Shown in pieces: positions 36,513-48,409 of a stretch of DNA of 64,000 bases (position 1 is the stretch's first letter; each line of letters starts with the position of its first letter). Where the stretch lies: positions 372,001 to 436,000 of the forward strand of contig JASANG010003711.1 in assembly GCA_030248215.1 (NCBI GenBank). Reading direction: 5' to 3'. The DNA is from Enoplolaimus lenunculus. Taxonomy: Eukaryota. Position numbers and translations under genes: made by a program. The notes beneath the pieces were generated by a model. That model was not told the DNA's origin. It worked only from the letters and a program-made list of their open reading frames with translations, and searched no databases.

Positions 36513-37327
36513 TATAATGAATAACTGCGACATATATACGTGATTTACAACTAATTCTTGAGCATAACAATAAACAAACACAAAAAAGTCTTGAAATTGC
36601 AACTTACATTTTTAAATTTTTTATGACTTAAATTTTGTAATTTCAGACAATAGTCTTAAAAAGCTCAAAAATTCGTGTCTGAAATGCATAAACCGTATTA
36701 ATTTTCTTACATTCAACAAAATCAGTGTTGTGTATTACTTGGGCAAATGTATAGAACAGGACCTTGACTGTAGTAAAGCATGTTCGTAAGCCTTAACTTA
36801 AACGTAAAAATGAACTTATACCTAAACCAAATAAAAAATTAGTGTAAAACTTAAGCTTGCTTTATTGCAGTCTCACAGAAAAACGTTCCGCCCTGATTTT
36901 TACATGGGCTATTACTTGTATAGGCACAAATTTTTTACTTTCCAGAAATTATTTTATATTCAAGAACTAATTTCTGATAAATGTATATAAACGAGTTGCT
37001 CGTATATACTGTTAAGACTATATAAATAATCGAACTTCAGGAGTAATTCGGCTTGAGTGGTTGTAAGTTAGCTTGTTAATTGAGAAAATTTAGTTTTGCT
37101 CCGCCTTCCAACTCTCAATAGTTTTAAATTTCAAATTTTCAAGCTTGAAAATTCAGATCCATATTTCTGAAAGCTTCACAAACTAATGTCTGTTATTCAA
37201 GACATATTTATTTCAGGAGTTTGCATTGACACATTATATGAAACTTAAGACAACGTTTCTTGAATATGAGATAATTTGTTTTGTGTGCACAGCAAGGTGC
37301 TTTAAGGTTGCTGGGATAAAATTTCAC

Positions 37328-40300
37328 TTAGAACAATCTATGTTGCCTCTCGCGGAAACTTTCGTATAATCTCAGCTGTGCTTCATCCGTTCGCGGCCGT
37401 ACCACATTCAAAGCAGTTTCTACATCTTGCCACACAACTTCGCATCGCCCCACTACGCCTTCACCACGATCATATTTTCCTGGTTCAGCCAAATCAGACA
37501 ACCTATGCTCCGACCGAATACTGGAAACAACCTTATGAATAGCACATAAGGCAGCTTCCTGCGATACTGCCACCAACTCGGCTCCAGAATATCCATTTGT
37601 TCGTTCAACCAGATCATCCAGCCGCGACAAAGTTTCAGTGTTCACCCGAGTTCTAGTCATCAAAACCAAACGCAGTATTTCACGTCTGGACTCGGCGTTC
37701 GGAAGCGGAACATAAATCAGCCGGTCAAACCTTCCAGGCCTCAACAGGGCACGATCTAAACTGTCTGGCCGATTCGTCGCGGCAATGACCATGACTTGCT
37801 CTCGACGCTGAATACCATCCATTTCTGTCAAGAGTTGGGCCAAAACTCGGTCTGAAACCGACGCTCCACCAGTCCCGTATGACGGTCGCCCGTTTCCGTC
37901 TTCAATCCCGCTTCTTGTTGACGCCAATGCGTCAATTTCGTCAAAGAAAATAAGCGACGGAGCGGCACGTCGCGCACGCTCAAATAACGTCCGCACACCG
38001 CGCTCAGATTCTCCAACCCATTTATTGAACAACTCCGGACCTCGAACCGACAAGAAACTAACACGAGTTTCATTTGCTAGCGCACGAGCTATCATAGTTT
38101 TCGAACATCCAGGTGGGCCGTACAGCAAAACACCCGAGGGTGGAGTTATTTGCATTGCTTGAAAAATTTGAGGATAATGCAATGGCCATTTTATAACTTG
38201 CTCAAGCGCTTGTTTAACTTCAAATTGGCCACCGATATCAGTCATTGTGGTGCAAGGTATTTCCAATATTAATTCTCGTAGCGCGGATGGTCTCACTCCG
38301 CGCGACGCTTCCAATAATAACGCTGCTGTCGACTCCACTTCACTGATATTTGTTTCCCGATTGGTGTTACACAGGCGAGACGCAAGCCTAGTATAGTTGC
38401 GCCACACAGCCATAAGATCACCTGCTGTCAACCCTGGAGTCTGCTCAGCAACTATCAACAGAGTTTGTTCAGGGGCATGGAGCAGTTCTGAACAATAGGT
38501 TGATTTGTGTTTTCTGTGATGATTTAAAACTATTGTTTTCAGTATATCATATCGATCCTTACAGTTCGGTGTAGGAATGTCGATTTCAAAATCAAAACGA
38601 CGCCGCAGTTTTGCTGGTAGTTTTGTCTCATCAGTCGCAGTTGCAATGAACACAAAACAGTCATTGCATTTAACGATATCTCGCTGAGCATCAATTAATC
38701 GGCACAAAGTGTTGCCTAATTTTTTCGATACATCTGCGCAGGATGGCCAATGATCTTTGCTCGTAACTACATCAATATCATCAAACAAAACTAATTTGGA
38801 GCCATGTTTTGCGTTAATATCGAACATCTGTGTTAAAACCGTGTCAATATTGTCTAAAAAACTAAATTTTTGATAAGTATTGTATAAATTTGAAGCTCGA
38901 AAATACTTAAGCAATTAAGTTAATATGAAAATTAATTATTAGCTAGCTATTCACTTATCGGTTTTGGATGGTTGTAAACAATTTATTCCGATTCCTCGCA
39001 CCCAAAAACCCTTCAGTAACCCTAATAATTAGTGAAATATTGCAAAAAGTCATAATTTAGGCTTATCAACTATTCTATTATCAATCAGATGTTAGCTAAC
39101 TATTCAATTATCGGTTTTGAAGATTTGCACACAATTTATTCAGATTCCTCGCGCCCAAAAACCGTTCAGTACTGAAATTACATTGCTTGTAACCGTAATA
39201 ATTAGTGAAATATCTTAAAAAGTCCTAATTCAGGCTTAACCAATTACGCAAATTAGTCTGTAGCTAATAAACGGCTTAAAATTTTAAAACACCAATGCGA
39301 GGTTAACACCCCAGGATAAAAAGCTTTCAAACAAAAACAGTTTATAAAAATCGGTTCAGCGGTTCCTGAGATTCTTTTCGAACGGACGGACGGACAGACG
39401 GGCATCCACCTTTTAACCCCAAAGCACAAAATATAGCAGTCGTAGTGGGACTACATATATTGAGCGAAGTTTGGAACACACTTAAGCAATTAAGCTAATA
39501 TGCGAAATAGTTATTAGCTAACTATTCATTTATCGGTTTTGGAGGTTTGTGAACAATTTATTCAGATTCCTATCACCCAAAAATCCTTGAGTAACCCTAA
39601 AAATTAGTGAAATATTGCAAAAAGTCATAATTTAGGCTTAGCAAATATGCTATGCTAATATGCAATAACATATACTGCTTGCTTACCGGCGCCAAAACAG
39701 CTTGAATCGATAAAAACTGCTTGAACTTCGTTGACTTCATTTGCAAGAGCGCGGCATAGCGAAGTTTTACCAGATCCGCTTTCTCCAGCTAGCAAGCAAC
39801 ATGAGCTGCTTTCAAATGACACGTGAAAACTCTGAAACAAAAGTTTTAATGAATTACATAATTGGTAGGTTCGATCCGAGATATTCCGAAAGGGAATTAC
39901 TGAACCTATTTTGATTCATTGTATGAAATTAAGGAGACAATATAACAAGTGCTATTGGTGCAACTAGATATCCGGCTCAGGAAAAAAATCGACATCTAGC
40001 TCCGGGCCAGGTATTTTACTTGTACAGTGCCGGATATTTCTTTCTGAAAGTACATATAATAACTCTACGTTATGCTATTATTTATGACCAAAATCTCACT
40101 ATTTCACTGTGAATTTTGTTCGAAAAGATAGCTTTCACAAGCACAGTAAATACGAAGGCTTCTGTAGAAATTAGGGATGTGTCGATTAATTGGCATCGCT
40201 AATAATACGCATTTTTCGCGAGTATCGGCATCGGGACACACATAACAGTCAGCTGAAATGCTATCAATTTCACTTCTTGGCTTAAGTATATCAGTGTGTC

Positions 40301-43300
40301 TCATCAGGGAAACTGTTATCTCTCGTGCGTTTGCGTTTAAAAAACTAATTGAAATGAGCCGTTCTCATAAAATTATAATCGTTTATGGTGGTAGGGTTTA
40401 AGGCTTCGGATAATGATGTAATGTAGTATCCTATTTGTTTATTAAGCATGTTTTTCTAAAGTTGGAATCGGCATCGGTATCGGCAACAAGTTTGGTGCCG
40501 GCCCATTCCTAGTGGAAACAAAATTATATGATTTACGTGATTAACTATAACGTTTTTAAAATGTGCGCTTAAATATCTTCAGACTCCGGTATTTTTAGTA
40601 TCCAGTTGAACCCTGGTAGGTAACTACCCTGTACGCACCATCGGGATCTCTAATAACTGCCCGCCAGCGAAAAACGGCAACTTCTAACGAACTCTAAATA
40701 CGCAGCATTTTACATTTTGACATACTGCAACAAAATATCCAAATTTTGGAACACAACTAGTTTTGCCATACCATGAATCTGAATCGTTGGTCTCATTTAG
40801 GGTGCTACAGAATATTAATTGTACAAGATACTGGAGCCGCATCTGGATTCCGGATAGTAATTTTTTAACGGAACGAAATATACATTTAAATTTGCACACT
40901 TGCCGAAGTATTTGAGTCGCGCGATTATAGTACGTATATGTACATCTATATGTATGTTCACTGAATTACACTTAATTGTTAGTTTGTGTTCTTCATTTTT
41001 GCTGCTGTGTATCAACACTTTAGCTTTTTGACTTGCCCAGAAATGCAAAAGCATCAAGACTTCGAAGACTCTCTCTTGTAAAACGTAATTTCTGAAAGTC
41101 GGACGGGACTACACCGCAAATATGCGTATCCGGCAGGTTCTGGCTTCTCCACAGCGGGGTGGGGCGGGGGGCCCAGCACTTTTCGAAATTTTCATTTTTC
41201 CCCCGGCGAAAATTTTGCCGCCCCCAGGAAAGGCCCCCCGGCGAATTTTCGGCCGCCCCCCAGCAAACTTTTTGCTGGGAGGCCCCCAGGGCTTTTCTAG
41301 GCCAAAAATTTTCAATGTTAAAACGTAAAGACCTGGACTTCTTTTGAGGCGGACATTCGGCAAAATATGATTTTATATTACGCTGAGTACTCATAATTTT
41401 TAATAGCGTTACAAATACACAAATACCCATAGTGACTAATACAATTCAATAGTGAACTGAAAAAAGCACAATTATATAAAGACCGTTTCAGGGCATACAT
41501 CATTCGAAGGTACCTTGCAGCAGCAAGTTCAACCTGCCTGAGCCTCATGATAAACTGAAGCTGTGACTAATATACAAAATATATATTAATCACAGTTTCA
41601 ATTATAGATTATCTATATTTTATATAATTGTGCTTGTTTCAACTTCTGGTTAAGTTGTCAGTATATACTTAATATTAGTTAAAATTAGTGTTATTAGCGT
41701 TTGCGAGAAATTTTTGTCATGTTGAGCGATGAGTAATCTTAAGTTGAGTTGGAAACACAGTCTAGAATGAAAAAATGGTCCAAAAAGTCGGTTTGCAAAA
41801 TTTTAAGGCTGCCCCCCAGGACCACCCAGATCATCTGGGGGCCCCCCAGGAGACTCCTGGGGCCCCTCCAGGAATCGCCCCCGGCGGAAATTTTCAAGCT
41901 GTGGAGAAGCCAGGGTTTACACCGGGAGACAAGATATCGATTTTTCCGGATATTAAACCAGATCCGGATATCCATTTTTTCTCAAATAAACAGCGCACAG
42001 AACTAAATAACAAACTAACATCGGAAAACACACCGACAAGTTTCACTAGCTTATCTTTAATGTCATGAAAACCACCCAAGTCAGTAATGCGAATGCCACT
42101 TTTCGTTGGAACAAAATGTCCGCTACTATCTCTGTTTGGAGCATTAGAGGACGTATCAAGTGTCGGCAAACTTCCAATATGAAACACTGTATTCTTCGCT
42201 AACCAAAATACAGTTGTTTGTTTCGGTGCTAACAGTCGCTTTTTATCCCCCAACACGTAAGTTCTACCGGTGGAAGTTTTGTCGTTCAACATTTTGTTAG
42301 AGCTAACACTAAACGAATCGCGGTTAATACCAGACGAGCATATGTTTAATCCAGTAGAAGATAAGTCTTCTGAGTGCATTGGCACTGGAGTATGCACAAA
42401 TTTATCCGGACACTCATCATTACTATTGTAGCTGCAGTTCGCTGTCTCTTCTATCGACAAAATCGAATCATTCACAGAAACATCCTTCAATTTACCCGAT
42501 AGCGTTCCCATTTTGCAAGCTACATTAGTGCAATCTGAGTTCATGCAAGTAACTCCGACATTTGTGCTCACATTACAATGAATTTCACAAACTACAATTT
42601 GACCCATATAACGAATAAACATGCGTTGATAACCCAATGAATACTGACCGATAACCTTTTCTTTAGCATAATGTAAGAAATCCTGGTCGTGGAAAAAATA
42701 TTTAGCACATCCATCCACCGGTTGACTTAAAACAACTGAGTGTGCGCATTCTATTTTTGCCGGTTTATACACAATGCATTTGTAATGTGTTGCCTTCTGC
42801 TGATTATTAGGAACAAGCGAATTTTCTATAAAACATAAACAAAATATAGGCAATGCACAAAATACCAGGATTCAACCGAATATTCGGCTGCGGCTCCGAC
42901 AAAAAATCTACATTTGACTGAGTATTTTAACCCGCGGATGTTCTTAAACGTCAAAAATTGAAACCATAATTTCATTTGTATTTATGTCAACTACCATGAA
43001 ACTAATTGATTTACTCTACATATTTTTCCTGCCATATAAGTAATGCAAATGTATGTACGGGGCAGTGTATGTTCACAATCTTTACTGGGTTACATTTAGG
43101 GATGTGCCGATTAATCGGCATCGATACTAATCGGCACTTTTCGTGAGTATCGGCATCGTCATCGGCGCTGTAAAAAGTTGCCGATTCTTTGCCGATACCT
43201 ACTTTTGCACATATAAGTTAGTTGGAATGCAATCAGTTTCGTTTCTGCGAACATATTAATGTGTGTGTGGTCAGGAAAAATGGTACCTCTTTTGCGTTTT

Positions 43301-44379
43301 TGTTTGAACAAATTAATTGAAATGAACCGTTCTCATAAAATTCTAATCGTTTATGTTGGTTAGGGTTTAAGCCTTCATATACTGATGTAATGTAATAGTA
43401 TCCTATGGAATCGGTATTGACATCGGCATCGCTTCGGCAAAATTTCGAAATAAAGATCGGCATCCGTGTCGGCACCGGCAACAATTTTGGTATCGGCACA
43501 TCCCTAGTTACATTAACGCTGGAAAACCTGATAAAGATGTCCACGTCCAGTTATTTTAGGGGCGTAACAGTATACATCTCAGCATATTTCTACTCCTAAC
43601 CCAACAAAATAAACACTAAATGTCCAGCTCAGGCCTGGTACTTTCCATAGCCACATATCTATCAATCCGTCTAAGCATTGGTCGGTATCCGGTTGAACTT
43701 AAGCTCTGCACAAAAGTACGTACGTATGTGTGCTTGATTGATATTTACTGAGAAGACAATGACGTAAGCTCCGTGACAGTCGTGTTTTTACGACCAGTTC
43801 GGTATTTCAAACATGACAATTATTTGTGCAGTATATATTAGGGGAACACCGGATATATCTTAGCTCTATCGCAATAGTAGTTCAATAAATTTGTTACAGC
43901 CAGATATCTAGTAACGCTTTTTGAATACTTGATATGACAAAATGGTGGGGGATTTGTATTTTCTGTTTACACCACTACGTACCTAATTGGCAACGGCACG
44001 ACATCACTGGCAGTTTATCGTCAGGCAACACAGGAAGTGCAATGTCTTGAAAAATTGCATCTGAATTAACGAAGCAGCACACAACCGGCTGTTGAAAACC
44101 AATGGATAGCATTTTCATGACATATGGATGCAAACATATGTTGCTTTTAAACACATGTTCCTTCGTTTGATCAAAATGAAGTAGAGCAAAATCACTTGTC
44201 GGCAATACAAAGCTGTGGCATCCGTGAAGTTCTGAGATGTTTAAAGTTTCGGAATTCTGCAATGCATCGCAGTAATTTTGATGACTTTCTGATGAACCGG
44301 CAATATAATAACACTGACAAACAGTACACTGCGACAGACTACTTCGAGATTTACGTTTCGAACGAGTGTTTGAACTCAT
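37328..44379 (-). CDS. SPATA5: SPATA5/AFG2A (Drg1)-like double AAA+ ATPase, 4 exons, about 957 aa
   Basis: Exons 44379-43983, 42825-42020, 39831-39687, 38853-37328, phase-consistent. D1 Walker A GESGSGKT; D2 DIGGQ..VKQALEQVIKWPL, GVLLYGPPGCSKTMIARALANE, GPELFNKWVGESER, IFFDEIDAL, DRVLAQLLTEMDGI, AATNRPD..DRALLRPGRFDR. GPPGCSKT is the AFG2/SPATA5-type D2 Walker A. Confidence 0.88.
38905..39660 (-). mobile_element. Two adjoining partial DINE-1/HINE-like copies in SPATA5 intron 3
   Basis: Central repeats, core and (GACG)n microsatellite (about 39382-39401), then a new terminus AGTCGTAGTGGGACTACA..TTGAGCGAAG at about 39438; homologous to 22108-22737. Confidence 0.78.
40172..40511. mobile_element. 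TAGGGATG-family hAT-type MITE (degenerate)
   Basis: TAGGGATGTGTCGAT...GCCCATTCCTA; ATCGGC repeats; interior homologous to 43097-43506; TSD GTAGAAAT / GTGGAAAC. Confidence 0.7.
41140..41913. mobile_element. About 775-bp TIR element with GC-rich ends (copy 2)
   Basis: CTGGCTTCTCCACAGC...GCTGTGGAGAAGCCAG; colinear with 2048-2824; flanked by GGTT on both sides. Confidence 0.85.
43097..43506. mobile_element. TAGGGATG-family hAT-type MITE
   Basis: Perfect TIR TAGGGATGTGCCGAT / ATCGGCACATCCCTA; perfect 8-bp TSD GTTACATT. Confidence 0.92.
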
Positions 44380-45812
44380 TGCTCACATCAATATACAGGT
44401 AATTGTAGCGAACTGATTAAAAATATACGCATAGGCAATTTTCAAATCTGAAAAATTGCAAAATTTGCGCCTACCCGAAACCTAACCTGATTTAAAGAGC
44501 AATATGACATTATTAAGTACGTATGTCAATAAAACGTAAACCTTGATCACGCTAATTTAGTACTGATTCGCATAATTAGTTTTTTGTTTCCACATGAATT
44601 TCTGTATTAATATTAAATACGTTCTTTGGCAGGCTTGTAGCTACAAATTCTCCCTTCATGCATACAGCTTCACGTATGAACCGTAAGGGTTACATGTTGG
44701 TGATTTAGAGCCCTCCACATGCCATTTTCTTTAGGCACCATTGAAATCTCTCTGTCTCGAGCACTGCAAGCGGTGTTTTTTGAAATTGCAACGAAAAAAA
44801 TGGGCAAAGTACGTATTTGCGTTTGACCATTATACTATATATGCGCGTTTTCCATAAGTACACATATTTAATATGCGCAGAACATAAATTTATGACTTGT
44901 CTTGAAACAAAAATATTCAGAAGCCGAAGCAGTCTACATCCAGCCCCTCTAGAACATGCAATACTTTTATTTTGTTAATTTTTGTACAATGAAACAAAGC
45001 TAGCTAAGTCATCGCATAAAACGCTACACAAATTGTACCTTGTATTGAAACCGGCATAATTTTATAGTTGATTTTGGGCATTTGGCATACTAAGTTAGAA
45101 CAAATCTTATATTTTAAAATATAGCCTGTTATATTGGCAGCTATGTTTTGTGTAAATATGTTTTTATGTTAAGATTAGAAGACAGAACAGCGAAATTAAA
45201 ACGAGGTTTTGCCACCTTGAATGGCGAACCAGCAATCATCCGTATTGATTGCCTCTTAGTTCAATCACAGCCGTTATAATCGTTTTTGCGTCGTCCACAA
45301 AGGCTGGGTTGCGGAGACATGGCAAGGAAAAATTTTAATTTTGAAAACCTTTGACTGGCTTTAAAAACCATGTCTCTGTATAACCCAACAAATAGCTGCC
45401 GATGCCTGTGCTGTTTCGAGCTACTAGCGGTAATTTCAAAATGGGGCAGTTCGCACTGCGCCCGGGGCTTCTAATTTCTTAAACATTTTGGCCCACGAGT
45501 ATCACTTGACTTTTAAAGTACAAACTCGACCAGCCGAAGTCGACTTCATTCTGACGAAGGTAAATACTTGAATTCGAGCTGTGTTGCTGTCAAAATATTT
45601 GACTTTTAAACTTTATGTCACCTGCCCATCTTGTTTGACCTCGACTTTATATGTCTCAGGCATAGTCACTGCAATCAAGCTATATCAATGTTGGCCAATG
45701 TTACTTTAAGGCCGTCCCATTTTCCCGGGGCAGAAATGTACCAGGAGTACCCGTCCCATTTTCCCGGGACAGCAATGTACCAGGAGTACATTCAAAAAAT
45801 ATAATTAGAACA

Positions 45813-46488
45813 GCGGGACAGATGAGACAGTGGGACAGATGGGACAGTTGGGACAGATGGGACAGTTGGGACAGTTGGGACACTTGGGACAGATGGGACA
45901 GTTGGAACAGATGGGACAGTTGGGACAGATGGGACAGATGGGACACTTGGGATAAATGGGACAGTTGGGACACTTGGGACAGATGGGACAGTTCGGACAG
46001 ATGGGACACTTGGGACACTTGGGACAGCTGGGACAGATGGGACAGTTGGGACACTTGGGACAGATTGGACACTTGGGACACTTGGGACAGATGGGACAGT
46101 TCGGACAGATGGGACAGTTGGGACACTTGGGATAGATGGGACAGCTGGGACACTTGGGACAGATGGGACACTTGGGACAGATGGGACGGTTGGGACAGAT
46201 GGGACAGATGGGACACTTGGGACAGATGGGACACTTGGGACAGATGGGACACTTGGGACAGATGGGACAGTTGGGACAGATGGGACAGTTGGCACAGCTG
46301 GGACAGATGGGACAGTTGGGACAGTTGGGACACTTGGGACAGTTGGGACAGATGGGACACTTAGGACACTTGGGACAGTTGGGACAGTTGGGACAGATGG
46401 GACAGATGGGACAGTTGGGACAGATGGGACAGCTGGGACAGATGGGACAGTTGGGACAGATGGGACAGTTGGGACAGTTGGGACAGAT
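45813..46488 (+). repeat. G-rich 9-bp minisatellite (TGGGACAGA / TGGGACAGT / TGGGACACT)n
   Basis: Roughly 70-75 in-register 9-mers, directly visible. Confidence 0.97.
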
Positions 46489-47095
46489 GTAAATATATCT
46501 GCCTGTGCATATGTAAACAGGAGCGCATAAATGTGAACTCCGGGTATGTAAGCCTTTTTTAAGTTTTCTATTTTAGTTGTTACAATTCTATGTTCAAATA
46601 CTTAATATTCATCCTGACTTAAATATTAGTTATTAGTATTTAAGTCAGGGACTTATATCAATTTCAGGGGCATTTATACGACTAAAACTCGTTAATTGAC
46701 TTCAAGTGAATGTTCGACTAAAAAGCAACTGTTTGTTTCGCGCGACCTCCTTTCTTATGTTGCTGAAAACCTGAAGGAAGACTAATAATTTGATTAAAGT
46801 GCAAAATTTTCTCAGTGGTAACTGAGCCTCCACATTCAACGAGTCCGAGCTCGTCCCCAACTGGTCGCCGTTGAAGCAAAATTTTTGGTAGCTAAAATGT
46901 GCCTAAATTTGTAAAATAAATTTTAATGCAATTATGATCAATAAACTGTCAGCATTTCTTAGAAAATAAAACCTAAAATTGTTAAACATATTTTATCTGC
47001 CTACTTTCTATTCAACTACTGTTTCACTTCCACTCACTAAAAATATACTTAAAATTAAGTAAAACTGTTGCCGAATTAAGTGTCGGTTTTACTAA

Positions 47096-47419
47096 GAGTG
47101 GATGATCACTCTTTATAACAAGAGTGTGTAACTGGGTACATTCTGTGTATTAAAGAATGTACCCGGCACGCGTTGCGTTTTTGGCCTACCCCCCTTGTTT
47201 AGGGGGTCTGTATGCAGTTTTATATCGTAGTAAAGGAGGAAATTGTAACTCCCCCTTGTTTAAGGGGGGTAGGTGTACTGAAGCATACTGTTAATCTCTT
47301 GCGTAAACCCCCCTGATTGAGGGGGAGTCGAACAAAAATGCAACGCGTGCTGGTACATTCTTTAATACACAGAATGTACCCAATTGCACACTCTTGTTAT
47401 AAATAGCGATCATCCACTC
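47096..47419. mobile_element. Foldback/palindromic element with ~85-bp arms and three internal hairpins
   Basis: Left arm GAGTGGATGATC...GCACGCGTTGCGTTTTT pairs with right arm AAAAATGCAACGCGTGC...GATCATCCACTC. Confidence 0.85.
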
Positions 47420-48089
47420 ATGGTTTTACTTACTATGGTGCTTGGCAAAGTTTTACTTAATTTTAAGCAAACACAAAATTTTTAGCTTTACATTTACTTA
47501 ATTAATCAGGAAATGACAGCAGTATAGTTTTACTTATTTACATTATTTAAGCAAAGAATTACTCAATATTTAGTACACTTATAGTTAAAAATGTTAGAGT
47601 GTTTTTACAGAGCTACGACAATTTTTGGTGACCGCCGGTTTCACCGTTTTTCCCTCCAGTTACACCCTGTTTATATACAGCTTAACACCTGAAGAAAACG
47701 TGGACCAAAATTCATTGCTTTTAACGTTTTACCGATCTCGCCGTTGATGTGCTGCACTCAGCAACTTTCATTGATAAATCTGGTCGCTGTAAGTATATGT
47801 TGTAAGTATTGACACTATCGCTAATGTTATTTTGAAGGGAGTGAGCCGTATTTAAAGCATATCCTAAACCAAAGCCTCGGCGGCCAATGTATGTATAGCA
47901 CAGGGGATTCCAGTTTTCCACGGTGGAAAATTTATGACCAGGAGTGCAGAGCAGCTACTCCTGTAAGAAGGCCTGATTTTCCACTGGTTTGGTTGAAAAA
48001 ATCACACGCATAGGTTTTGCTGGGGAAGAGTGAAAATTTACAAGCCTGGATATTCCCTGGTACGGTAGGGAAAATCTGTAGTGTAAAGT

Positions 48090-48295
48090 TTGTTTGGAAA
48101 ACGGGAAAAGTGGAAATTTTCAAAGCTTAGATTATGCCTAGTTGTTATGGAAAATCTGAAACATAGGCATTGGTTGGAAAACGGAAAAAGCGGAAAATTC
48201 TAATGATTAGATTTTTCCTTGTTAGTATGAAATATCTGAAGCATAGGTTTGGGTTGGAAAACGAGAAAAGTGGAAAATTGAAATGCCTAGATTTA
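48090..48295. repeat. 80-bp tandem repeat, about 2.5 copies
   Basis: TTGGAAAACG..AAAG.GGAAA recurs at 48094, 48174 and 48254. Confidence 0.75.
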
Positions 48296-48409
48296 TGACT
48301 TTGCAACTAAACTCGGTTCGAAATCGTAACGCGATTAATGTTTTAGTGATACCGCTCATTATCGAATCAAGCTGCATTATGTCAAATCCGGTAACAGGCA
48401 ATTAAAGCT

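Noticed and set aside
41894..42019. Extension of the 319-aa ORF beyond SPATA5 exon 2
   Set aside because: A GTTAGT donor at 42019 gives the right phase for the next exon; the remainder is intronic repeat DNA.
45701..46492. Four overlapping repetitive ORFs (SHLSQL, VPS, WDR/WDS, GQM/GQL)
   Set aside because: They arise from a stop-free 9-bp minisatellite open in several frames; there is no splice or codon evidence for coding.
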